Shown: positions 18,811 through 27,078 of the stretch, piece by piece
Layout of the letters: every line of letters starts with the position of its first letter
How positions within the stretch are numbered: position 1 is the stretch's first letter
IMG/VR virus record: IMGVR_UViG_3300042445_000748
Location: 1 to 64,000 of that record
DNA length: 64,000 nt
Reading direction: 5' to 3' (one strand)
DNA from: a virus
The notes under the pieces: generated by a model
The model's input: only the letters and a program-made list of their open reading frames with translations
Told to the model about the DNA's origin: nothing
Databases searched by the model: none
Position numbers and translations under genes: made by a program

Positions 18811-19417
18811 GCTCTTCTGCCTCTCGCTCTAATGGATACTCAACGGCTTGCCAAACTGGTTTTTTATTTTCTCCTAAAAAGTCTGGATCTGCATGTTCTG
18901 GAAGAGATGTGTGCATAAACAAAGCAGTATATCTATGCCCTTCAGTTACCTCTGTAATACCATGAATGTATTCAGTACCAGCACTTGGAAAAAATACTGC
19001 TGAATATTTCTTAGGTTGATAAACAAAGTCTTGATTAGGAAAAAATATCTTACCACCTTGATACTCTGGAGTTTCATTTAGGTAAATGATTGTGCTAAAC
19101 TCTATGAATGGTTCAGGACCTTGTGCATCTAGGTGCAACCCACCCCTTGTGCCCTTTACCCAGTGTGATCCAAAACCTTTAAACACATATATGGGATTAA
19201 GAAAACCATTATAGGATCTATGAACTTCGTTTGATTTATTTCCATATTTAATCATTACGTCCATAACGTTTTTGTTATACGGTAAAGATGTTCCACCATA
19301 TCTTTTTCCATAATATTCTGGATATGGATTAACCTCTGATGGGTTGTGCTGTTCCCTTATTAGGGTATCTGCGTCTTCTTTGGTTATAAAATTGTCTATT
19401 ACCGAAATTCTATGCAT
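18791..19417 (-). CDS. 2OG-Fe(II) oxygenase (P4H-like)
   Basis: HLD...YLNE..YQGGKIFF...HGITEVTEGHRY. Confidence 0.9.
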   Translation of the reverse strand: MHRISVIDNFITKEDADTLIREQHNPSEVNPYPEYYGKRYGGTSLPYNKNVMDVMIKYGNKSNEVHRSYNGFLNPIYVFKGFGSHWVKGTRGGLHLDAQGPEPFIEFSTIIYLNETPEYQGGKIFFPNQDFVYQPKKYSAVFFPSAGTEYIHGITEVTEGHRYTALFMHTSLPEHADPDFLGENKKPVWQAVEYPLEREAEERESNRS

Positions 19418-19446
19418 AGTTTTCCTATCTTTCTTATATTATACCA

Positions 19447-20331
19447 CTAGTCAATGTAGTTAATTTTAGTCATAAACTTTTTAGAATCAACATCGTCAAA
19501 TTTGGACAGGTCCTGATCATACTCAACATCGTTCATTGGAAAAGGTAGTGGATGGATAGACTCTGGGTCAATCTTATGTAGTTTTAAAAACATGCTTACG
19601 TCTGGCATCATTGGTTGATCTATTGAATCATACTTATTTTTTTTATTTTTAAGTAGGTCAATCATCTCATTATAGTTATGATATTTTGAAAATGTAGTAT
19701 ATAGATCTTTTATCGTGTCTGACCCTTCCTTTGTATAAAAGTTGTCTGGACAACTATACATTTTGATATTATTAGAAAAATATAATAATGACAAAGTTTC
19801 TTCCTCTCCATAATATTTCATGTATGATGGATAGTTTACAGATTGTAGCGTTGACGTGTGGGCAAAAATTAAATCTCTACTAGTAAAATATACTTGTTCT
19901 ATTTTTTCTGTTTTTATTTCTTCTTTTTTTAAATAAAAAATTCCATCATTTGATAAGATAGTTTTATTCTTACCAGTTATTATTGATTGCTTGTTTGGTA
20001 AACTGCTTAATAAAAATTCATCCCAATCTTGATTTAGAAAAACATTATCTGATAATAATAGTGTATATGAAAATTTTGAATCATTAATAATTTTTTGTCT
20101 ATAATAGCAGGGACTTTTTATTTTATCCCAAAATATATGATTATATGTTAGACTATCAAATTGATCAAAATATTCTTGTTTAGTTAGGGTGCTTTGATCA
20201 TAAATATGCACATATATCATATTTTTTTTAGATGATTTTTGCAATAAATTATCTACAACTTTTTTTAATAACTTGCCTTTATATGAATATATGATTACAT
20301 TAATTGGATTAGGCAAATTTTCATTCGTCAT
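19447..20331 (-). CDS. divergent GT-A glycosyltransferase (GT60-like)
   Basis: INVIIYSYK, CYYRQ, LSDNVFLNQDWD, YYGEEETLSL. Confidence 0.55.
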   Translation of the reverse strand: MTNENLPNPINVIIYSYKGKLLKKVVDNLLQKSSKKNMIYVHIYDQSTLTKQEYFDQFDSLTYNHIFWDKIKSPCYYRQKIINDSKFSYTLLLSDNVFLNQDWDEFLLSSLPNKQSIITGKNKTILSNDGIFYLKKEEIKTEKIEQVYFTSRDLIFAHTSTLQSVNYPSYMKYYGEEETLSLLYFSNNIKMYSCPDNFYTKEGSDTIKDLYTTFSKYHNYNEMIDLLKNKKNKYDSIDQPMMPDVSMFLKLHKIDPESIHPLPFPMNDVEYDQDLSKFDDVDSKKFMTKINYID

Positions 20332-21082
20332 CGTATTCCTTTATTCCCTTTGTTCCAAATATTTTTTTTATCCATGCTGTTTTTTTATAATATCCATATA
20401 GCATGGACCTTCTATTCTCTGCTTTAAATTCATGTTCGTCAAACTTTTCTAAACTTGTGTCAACTTTCATCTCCCAGTTATCTCTTTTAAATGGAATTAT
20501 TTGAAACACAGGCGTTCCCCTTTTTATTACTCCTTGAAATCCTCTTTTAAGAAAAAATGCAGTAAAAACTGGTAGTCCCCAAATGTCTGACTCTACTATT
20601 CCAGACATAGTTATGAATGGTAAGTCGTGTCTGTTCATTGGGTGTGTTATTAAAACTGAATAACCTGGTGGTGTTTCGTAATACCAATTCATTCTCCATC
20701 CATAATGTATTGGGTGGCAGTTATCTGGTACAGGGAGATCTATTGTTGGTCTTTTATCCATAATCATTATGTCTTTATCCCAAGACAATTTTGGTTTTCC
20801 ATTTTTATCTAACTCAACTAAAAGATCATCTTCTAATAAATAATAATACCCTGCAGTTAAAGAGTCAAAAAAGGGCATACACATCTTAGTAGCAACTCTT
20901 GCACCGTCTCCACCTATATTATTAACTGGATTTAGATGTTTATCATCATTCCAAATTTCATGCTTTGCTAAACTTTTATACCATTCAGGAACATGTTTAA
21001 CTGCAGGTTCTGGTGGAATAAAAATACCTTCGTAATTTGGACCACCACCTGGAATAAATGATATATTTAAAGGATCACTCAT
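20321..21082 (-). CDS. conserved phage protein, dUTPase-fold-like, paralog 2
   Basis: PEWYK, KMCMPFFDSLTAGY, TPPGYS, GIVESD, IKRGTPVFQIIP. Confidence 0.55.
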   Translation of the reverse strand: MSDPLNISFIPGGGPNYEGIFIPPEPAVKHVPEWYKSLAKHEIWNDDKHLNPVNNIGGDGARVATKMCMPFFDSLTAGYYYLLEDDLLVELDKNGKPKLSWDKDIMIMDKRPTIDLPVPDNCHPIHYGWRMNWYYETPPGYSVLITHPMNRHDLPFITMSGIVESDIWGLPVFTAFFLKRGFQGVIKRGTPVFQIIPFKRDNWEMKVDTSLEKFDEHEFKAENRRSMLYGYYKKTAWIKKIFGTKGIKEYDDE

Positions 21083-21810
21083 TACTTATATTCTTTTTTT
21101 TGTCTAAACTTTTCTTTATAAGAATTTCTAAAACTACTTCTAACTAACAACCTTTGTTTTTCTATTTCATCTTTACCATCACCATATGCAACACACTCTG
21201 AATCCCAAGACTCTCTCTTAACTGGTATTGCTTGAATAAGTGGCGTACCTTGTTTTATAATACCTTTAAAATCTTTTTTAATATACATAGAAAAGTGTCC
21301 ATCTGATGCAAACTTATCTGTATCTACAAATGCTTCAAATGCTTTAAAAGGAACTTCGTCTCTATGAAATGGATGAGTAAAGATAGTGCTATACCCTTTT
21401 GGTGTCATTATGGACCAAAATGGCAAGATTCTAAAAATTTGTTTATGGTATAGATTGGTATCTACAGGATAGTTAGAGATTTGCTCTGCAGTGTGAGTTG
21501 CGACCATGTCATTTCCAACAAACCTAAGTTCATTTGGAACGCTCCACTCTATTTTTTCTGGATTAGTAGCGTCTACATATACATCCATAGGAAACTTAAT
21601 AATGTATCCAGCAGTCATTAGATCAAATACTGGCATACATCTTTTTACTGTTCCACTACTCCCACCCTTGGCAATAAAATCTTTATATTCATCACCTATA
21701 AAACCTGGTTGTTGCTTATACCATTCTGGAATAAATTTTGATGCTGCTTCTGGGACAGGTGCAAACATTGCTGTTTTTTCGCTAAAAGGATAAAATTTAA
21801 TCCTGTTCAT
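21082..21810 (-). CDS. conserved phage protein, dUTPase-fold-like, paralog 3
   Basis: PEWYK, KRCMPVFDLMTAGY, TPKGYS, FVDTD, IKQGTPLIQAIP. Confidence 0.55.
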   Translation of the reverse strand: MNRIKFYPFSEKTAMFAPVPEAASKFIPEWYKQQPGFIGDEYKDFIAKGGSSGTVKRCMPVFDLMTAGYIIKFPMDVYVDATNPEKIEWSVPNELRFVGNDMVATHTAEQISNYPVDTNLYHKQIFRILPFWSIMTPKGYSTIFTHPFHRDEVPFKAFEAFVDTDKFASDGHFSMYIKKDFKGIIKQGTPLIQAIPVKRESWDSECVAYGDGKDEIEKQRLLVRSSFRNSYKEKFRQKKEYK

Positions 21811-22477
21811 ATAACTTCCTTACTCTCTCTACTATTATATCACTCGCTACGAACCTTATGTTATACATAGGGCTAAACCTTGGTATCTTGCCAAACTCGT
21901 GATCAACCATATGACTACCTGCGTTTTTAAAATGAAAATAAACGAAGTCAGTCTCAATCATCCTAGTAGTTTCAGGTATTTTTTTAAAATTCATTATACC
22001 TGGATATACAACAAAAGGAGAATTTTCTGGCTGTTCTATAAATGCTTCAACTTCCTCGTCAATAAGCCATGGCATATAAAATCTAAAAACATCAGCAAAA
22101 CAATCTTTAGGCAACTCAGGGGGCTCTTGATCTGATAAGTAGTATTGTCTAATCCATGGCCTATCTAAACTATACAAACCATCTTCCTTTTGAAGTAAAA
22201 ATATTTCAGCATGATTAGTTTGTTGCAATGTAATCTCATTATTTTTTATACTGATTAAATTAGGTTTTTGATATAGTTTTTTTGCATACAAGTTTATTGG
22301 TTTAATTATGCTGTCTTTATATTCATCTTTTATTCCTTCTTGATAAGAAAGCCATCTATGTGATACCCTAGACCTTTCATTAATATATAAAAAAGACTCT
22401 GATTTTGATTTATACCAAATATCAAAATCTAGACTTAGTGGAGTAATTGTTTCGTTACTCACTCTTCTTCTGACCAA
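21797..22477 (-). CDS. hypothetical protein
   Basis: ORF in operon; start uncertain. Confidence 0.55.
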   Translation of the reverse strand: MVRRRVSNETITPLSLDFDIWYKSKSESFLYINERSRVSHRWLSYQEGIKDEYKDSIIKPINLYAKKLYQKPNLISIKNNEITLQQTNHAEIFLLQKEDGLYSLDRPWIRQYYLSDQEPPELPKDCFADVFRFYMPWLIDEEVEAFIEQPENSPFVVYPGIMNFKKIPETTRMIETDFVYFHFKNAGSHMVDHEFGKIPRFSPMYNIRFVASDIIVERVRKLYEQD

Positions 22478-22941
22478 TCTTTATTTAATAATTCTTTTGG
22501 TATAACTTTGTAACCACTTCTATCAATACCAATCTCGTATCCTTTTTCAGCCTCTATCCATCCTAATAAATTAACTGTTCTATATTCAGAATCTGATAGT
22601 TCTGCACCCCAAATAATTAAACCACGATTAAGATCCTTTTCACGTACCGCTGGACCAGATTGTGTTCTTACTCTTCTTACTTCTATGTTTGTTCCTACGT
22701 CTGGCATATCTTTATACTTCTTATGCTTTCTACCGTCCCAAACTGAGGCATGCCAATACTGGTTTGTATATTTGGCAACTGCTAATTCACAAATTGCTGA
22801 TGCTGGCTGAGCGTTTCTATCTTCTTCCATACTAGATCTATTGTAGTATGAAGCATCTACCTTATTCCAATTTTCTGTATATCTTCGCATACCAACCATA
22901 TAGGCATGTTCATATTCCCACGGTTCTAATTCAATTATCAA
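22459..22941 (-). CDS. hypothetical protein, possible PD-(D/E)xK nuclease fold
   Basis: ICELAVAKY...PDVG..IEVR spacing. Confidence 0.45.
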   Translation of the reverse strand: MIIELEPWEYEHAYMVGMRRYTENWNKVDASYYNRSSMEEDRNAQPASAICELAVAKYTNQYWHASVWDGRKHKKYKDMPDVGTNIEVRRVRTQSGPAVREKDLNRGLIIWGAELSDSEYRTVNLLGWIEAEKGYEIGIDRSGYKVIPKELLNKDWSEEE

Positions 22942-22968
22942 TTGCTTTCCTATTCTGTTAATGTTGCG

Positions 22969-23040
22969 AGCCTCGACTCAGGTTTGAACTGAGGACCTTC
23001 CGCTTACAAGGCGGATGCACTACCACTGTGCTATCGAGGC
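22969..23040 (-). tRNA. tRNA-Thr(UGU)
   Basis: GCCTCGA/TCGAGGC acceptor stem; anticodon arm TCCGC-CTTGTAA-GCGGA; GTTCAAA T-loop. Confidence 0.92.
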
Positions 23041-23041
23041 G

Positions 23042-23115
23042 TGGGAATAGTAGGACTTGAACCTACGATAGCCGAATTATGAGTTCGGTGCCTTAACCTA
23101 CTTGGCTATATTCCC
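23042..23115 (-). tRNA. tRNA with CAU anticodon (elongator Met or Ile2)
   Basis: GGGAATA/TATTCCC acceptor stem; CCGAA-CTCATAA-TTCGG; GTTCAAG. Confidence 0.9.
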
Positions 23116-23117
23116 TT

Positions 23118-23193
23118 TGGCTGGCGTGGTAGGTCTCGATCCTACGACTTCGAAATTAACAGTTTCGCACTCTGCCAACTGAGTTACACGCCA
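23118..23193 (-). tRNA. tRNA-Asn(GUU), CCA encoded
   Basis: TGGCGTG/CACGCCA-G-CCA; CGAAA-CTGTTAA-TTTCG; atypical T-loop ATCGAGA. Confidence 0.88.
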
Positions 23194-23199
23194 TCTTTT

Positions 23200-24102
23200 T
23201 TATTCTGAAACTAACACTAACTTGTCAGTAACAGTTAAACCTTTTTGCCATTGTGTTGCAACAGCAACATTTGCAGAAGAGGTTGTTTGAGGAATTAAAC
23301 CAAACAGCACTGAGCCATAATTAAACTTACCTGTTGGCAATACTCCAAAATAATCTGTATTAGCATCATGATTTCCTACTGGAAATGTAGAAACAGAAAC
23401 TGTATCAGTAATACATGCTGGATATGCTACTGGTTTTCTGTTTGAATCATTACCTGTAGAAACAAATACTGGAATGCCTTTATTTTTTAAACTGGCAACT
23501 GTTGATCTAATTGCTGGATCAACAATTTTAACATTAACTAATCCAGTTGGAGAAAGTTTACAATCTCCTGGCTTTGTCATATTTCCACTTAGTCCATAAG
23601 AAAATGACACAGCAGATACATTTGATGAATTAGTATCTACCCATTTTAATGCTGCAAGAAAATCATTTCCATTTAAAATTCCAACTGCACCTTTGTTTGA
23701 TACTGTTGCAGATCTAACTAATATAAGTGGAACATTTGGATTATTTCTACGAGCAACCTCAACCATAGCCATACCATGATTTACTGGATCAGAAACTCTC
23801 TTAGAAGGTTTCGGTGTATTTACACACTTATCTGTTGCAATACAAACAATAGTTGTGTTAGCAACTCTTGTATCAAAGTAACTATCAATAATTACAATTG
23901 GTTTAGTATTAACTGCTGGTGTTGGAGTTGGTGTAACAACTGGTGTTGGTGTAACAACTGGTGTTGGAACAACAACTGGTGTTGGACTCTCAACTATAGG
24001 TGTTGGAGTTGATGTAACAACTGGTGTTGGACTCTCAACTGCATTTGCTGGAACTGCTAGTACTGAAAATAAAACAGATAAAACAATAAACATTTTTTTC
24101 AT
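23200..24102 (-). CDS. secreted S8 subtilisin-like protease with Pro/Thr-rich linker
   Basis: signal peptide (PANA); IVIIDS (Asp), NHG.AM (His), STGND (oxyanion Asn), YPAC, TTSSA (Ser). Confidence 0.8.
   Translation of the reverse strand: MKKMFIVLSVLFSVLAVPANAVESPTPVVTSTPTPIVESPTPVVVPTPVVTPTPVVTPTPTPAVNTKPIVIIDSYFDTRVANTTIVCIATDKCVNTPKPSKRVSDPVNHGMAMVEVARRNNPNVPLILVRSATVSNKGAVGILNGNDFLAALKWVDTNSSNVSAVSFSYGLSGNMTKPGDCKLSPTGLVNVKIVDPAIRSTVASLKNKGIPVFVSTGNDSNRKPVAYPACITDTVSVSTFPVGNHDANTDYFGVLPTGKFNYGSVLFGLIPQTTSSANVAVATQWQKGLTVTDKLVLVSE
23915..24040 (-). repeat. in-frame tandem repeats encoding (V/T)PTPVV
   Basis: recurring ACAACTGGTGTTGG units on the plus strand. Confidence 0.75.
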
Positions 24103-24278
24103 TAAGATAACTCCATTAATCTAATTACATAACAACATGGGTCGCCGCCTTGGTCCCACTCTTCTTGCTCTTCTTCGCTCATGTATTGAAAACCACCATC
24201 ATGAGTACTACAAAATGGCTCAGTTATCCAGCCTTTGTCAATGCCTTGTAACAGCCAAATCTCAAATTCTGTATTCAT
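24102..24278 (-). CDS. small acidic protein with Cys/His motif (58 aa, not in ORF track)
   Basis: MNTEFEIWLLQGIDKGWITEPFCSTHDGG...GGDPCCYVIRLMELS; TATACT 6 nt upstream. Confidence 0.7.
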   Translation of the reverse strand: MNTEFEIWLLQGIDKGWITEPFCSTHDGGFQYMSEEEQEEWDQGGDPCCYVIRLMELS

Positions 24279-24293
24279 ATATCTAGTATAGAC

Positions 24294-24815
24294 CTAGATG
24301 CTTACCGTGTCAATAGGACCAGTGCAAGATGTTGAAAAATTAATAGCAGCACCTACTGCTTGAATGACTCTGTTTCTTCCATTTTTTTGTTTTTGCGTAG
24401 AGTACATTGATCCAAGTGCAAATTCTGATGCTGAACCCATTGCTAAATAATCTAAGTCATATTCTGTTAATGACATATCTACAGCACTGTGTTCAAACAT
24501 TCTACCTTTAACACAAATGATCATTCCAAAGTCTGAGTCTTTAGAAACATCAACCCACCATCTATCATAAAAATCTCTTAAAGATATTAAAAATTTTGTA
24601 TACATAAACTTATCTAGGTTACCTTCTGGAGCAGGTGGTTTAAAGTTTAACCTTATTCTTTCACCATCCATGGTGCCAGCATATCCTATTAGATATTGAC
24701 CAGTCTTCCAAACTTTGGGTGCTTTTAAAGTAAGCATGCTGTTTTCATCTGATGCACCTCTGTCACCAGCCATATAAATCTTATTTTCTTGTCTAACTAC
24801 TGCAATGCAGGTCAA
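24294..24815 (-). CDS. Ntn-hydrolase, HslV/proteasome beta-subunit-like protease
   Basis: N-terminal (M)TCIA, MAGD, PKV, AMGSASEFALG. Confidence 0.8.
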   Translation of the reverse strand: MTCIAVVRQENKIYMAGDRGASDENSMLTLKAPKVWKTGQYLIGYAGTMDGERIRLNFKPPAPEGNLDKFMYTKFLISLRDFYDRWWVDVSKDSDFGMIICVKGRMFEHSAVDMSLTEYDLDYLAMGSASEFALGSMYSTQKQKNGRNRVIQAVGAAINFSTSCTGPIDTVSI

Positions 24816-24845
24816 ATGAAACCCTCTCTAGATATGGTTATTTCA

Positions 24846-24874
24846 AGTATACCATTACCCAGGGAGGGTGTCAA
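24846..24874 (-). promoter_or_regulatory. promoter TTGACA-17-TATACT
   Basis: tgtcaa 24869-24874 and agtatacca 24846-24854. Confidence 0.7.
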
Positions 24875-24878
24875 ATAT

Positions 24879-25163
24879 CTACTTAGATTTCTTGTCTACT
24901 GAGTTAAATGCACTATTGATTTCTTCGATGCTTAGTCTTCCATCATCGATAAATCCTCGTGCTAGTTTTTCAACTACTGTAGCAACACCTAGAGTTCCTG
25001 CAAGTATTATTGCACTCATGGTGTCGATACCGATAATTGCACCAGCACCAATAACTCCAAGTCCATTGGCTGCAAATACAGCGATTATTCTAAGTAGAAT
25101 ATTTTTAATACCACTGACTGCTCCCATTGCCTTTTCATCATCTAATTTTGTTTCTTTAGCCAT
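24879..25163 (-). CDS. small 2-TM membrane protein
   Basis: RIIAVFAANGLGVIGAGAIIG...DDGRLSIEEIN; start moved to MAKET. Confidence 0.65.
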   Translation of the reverse strand: MAKETKLDDEKAMGAVSGIKNILLRIIAVFAANGLGVIGAGAIIGIDTMSAIILAGTLGVATVVEKLARGFIDDGRLSIEEINSAFNSVDKKSK

Positions 25164-25648
25164 TATTCTTCTCCTTCCCTTATTCGCATAGTTATTAACC
25201 ATACAAACAAAACAGTTATAATTGCATACCCTACAATAGTTTTTGCACTACCCTCGAGTACTAGCCATGCTGCGAACATACCTAGTAATGTCCACAATTG
25301 GTTTAATGTTTCTACAAATGCTTCTACTAGCCATGCCCATACAAATTTAACTACTGTCCATACTTTATTTAATATCCACACAATTAATTTCCAGATACTA
25401 ACAAATACCCATTTAATTGCATTCCAGATACTTGTAATAATCCAAGTAATAACTTGAGTACCTTCATTAATTACCCCAATTATTACTTTATATATACCTT
25501 TAAGTATCTTCCAAACAAGATTAAGAACATATTTAATTACCGCCATAACCTTGATTAGAATAAACTTAACTAGGTTTATGGGTAACATAACTACGAACTT
25601 AACTGCTTTGAAGATAAACTTAAAAGGTTTTAATATTGCCTTTATCAT
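25163..25648 (-). CDS. membrane protein with amphipathic Trp-rich repeats
   Basis: about 11-residue K/W amphipathic repeats, then two TM helices. Confidence 0.65.
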   Translation of the reverse strand: MIKAILKPFKFIFKAVKFVVMLPINLVKFILIKVMAVIKYVLNLVWKILKGIYKVIIGVINEGTQVITWIITSIWNAIKWVFVSIWKLIVWILNKVWTVVKFVWAWLVEAFVETLNQLWTLLGMFAAWLVLEGSAKTIVGYAIITVLFVWLITMRIREGEE

Positions 25649-27033
25649 GTTATCCTCCTTATTTCTGCTCTTGCATTCATCTGTACTATGCTTGAAGACA
25701 TTGCTACAGATCCTATTAATTGACCCACAATAACTGTTGCAACAACAACTGATTGTGAGTCCTCTCTTTCTTCTTCTGTCATATCAGCACCCAATTGTCC
25801 AAGTGCTTCTAACACTTGTCCTGGATCTGATACAAACTCTCCTAATAAGGCCCCAGGATCTGACAGTTGTTCAAATACAACTGCAACACCTGCTTCTAAT
25901 TCAACACCTTCACGGTATTCAATTATTTGATTTTCATCTAATTGTTCTAAAAATTCTAAAGTTTGCTCATCATTTAATCCTTCAATTAAATCTGCTACTG
26001 GCATTGCTTCATCTACTTCATAGTTTTCAATTAATAATTCTGCAATGTTTTCTAATTGTTCATCTGTAATTTCTTCTTCATTAACTAACATTTCTTCAAT
26101 TGCATTATCCATTTCTTCCTCTACTGGTATAATTTCTTCTGAAGGAGTTGGTTCAAGTGAAGGTTCGATTACAGGTTCTGGTTGTGGCTCTTCTATCACT
26201 ATTGGTTCTGGTTCCTCTATCACTACTGGCTCTGGTTCGAATGTTGGCTGAGGGTTTGGGTCTGGTTGAACTGGATCAGGAGTTGGACTTGGAGTTGGAT
26301 CAGGACTAGGTGTTTCTGTAGGCGTAGGAGTAGGGCTAGGGCTTTCTGTAGGTGTTTCTGTAGGTGTTGGTGTTGGGGTAGGAGTAGGAGTAGGAGTTGC
26401 TATAGGGGTTGGTGTAGGACTTGGAGCAGGTGGCTCTGTAATAGTTTGAACACTTAATGGAAAAACTTCACCATTCTGAACGTATCTTGCCCCATATCTT
26501 GCACCTCCTGGTGCGTTAGAACTTACTTGATAAGTTGGAGTCCAAGTATAATTAATTGGATTTACTTCTGCTAACATTCTAATATAAACAGGGTCTCCTG
26601 ATGATTGACCCCACACCATAACTTTCCAGTCAACACATATAGATGTTGCAGTTGAGCCATACCTTACGTATAAATCTTTTCCTACACCCCAACCTGGATC
26701 CCATTGAGCACCTGGAGTATTAGCAAAGGCGTGGTAATCCCATGAGCCAATTGATATAGATGGACTTGGTGGGAAAGTCCAAAATGTGTAATCTCCTACG
26801 CCAAAAGTAATTGTTCCCTTTGGACTTACATAAATGTTATTTGTATAAACAGTTTCTCCCCACTTAAGAGGAGTATTTAAATTCATCAAGAAGGCTTGGT
26901 CTCCACCGTTTACCTGATAGGTATCACATGGTGCTGCATTTGCCTGAGCCTGTTGTGGCGTGCAAGAAAGAAATAGTATTGATGCTACTATAAAGACAAA
27001 GAATGCTCTGCGAAGAGTCCTAAAGTTATTAAT
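25645..27033 (-). CDS. secreted/membrane-anchored protein with PT/PE-rich linker; likely ATT start
   Basis: frame open 48 codons upstream of the track start, encoding a signal peptide (..RTLRRAFFVFIVASILFLSCTPQQAQA); C-terminal hydrophobic segment. Confidence 0.7.
   Translation of the reverse strand: MNNFRTLRRAFFVFIVASILFLSCTPQQAQANAAPCDTYQVNGGDQAFLMNLNTPLKWGETVYTNNIYVSPKGTITFGVGDYTFWTFPPSPSISIGSWDYHAFANTPGAQWDPGWGVGKDLYVRYGSTATSICVDWKVMVWGQSSGDPVYIRMLAEVNPINYTWTPTYQVSSNAPGGARYGARYVQNGEVFPLSVQTITEPPAPSPTPTPIATPTPTPTPTPTPTETPTESPSPTPTPTETPSPDPTPSPTPDPVQPDPNPQPTFEPEPVVIEEPEPIVIEEPQPEPVIEPSLEPTPSEEIIPVEEEMDNAIEEMLVNEEEITDEQLENIAELLIENYEVDEAMPVADLIEGLNDEQTLEFLEQLDENQIIEYREGVELEAGVAVVFEQLSDPGALLGEFVSDPGQVLEALGQLGADMTEEEREDSQSVVVATVIVGQLIGSVAMSSSIVQMNARAEIRRIT
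26160..26435 (-). repeat. low-complexity Pro-Thr / Pro-Glu coding repeat
   Basis: PTPTPTPTPTETPTESPSPTP...EPEPVVIEEPEP. Confidence 0.75.
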
Positions 27034-27078
27034 TTAATAACTACCCCCAATGTGAGATAGTACTATTATAACATTTTA

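Noticed and set aside
23915-24040. Short direct repeats as a CRISPR array or origin
   Set aside because: They are in-frame and encode the Pro/Thr linker; there are no unique spacers
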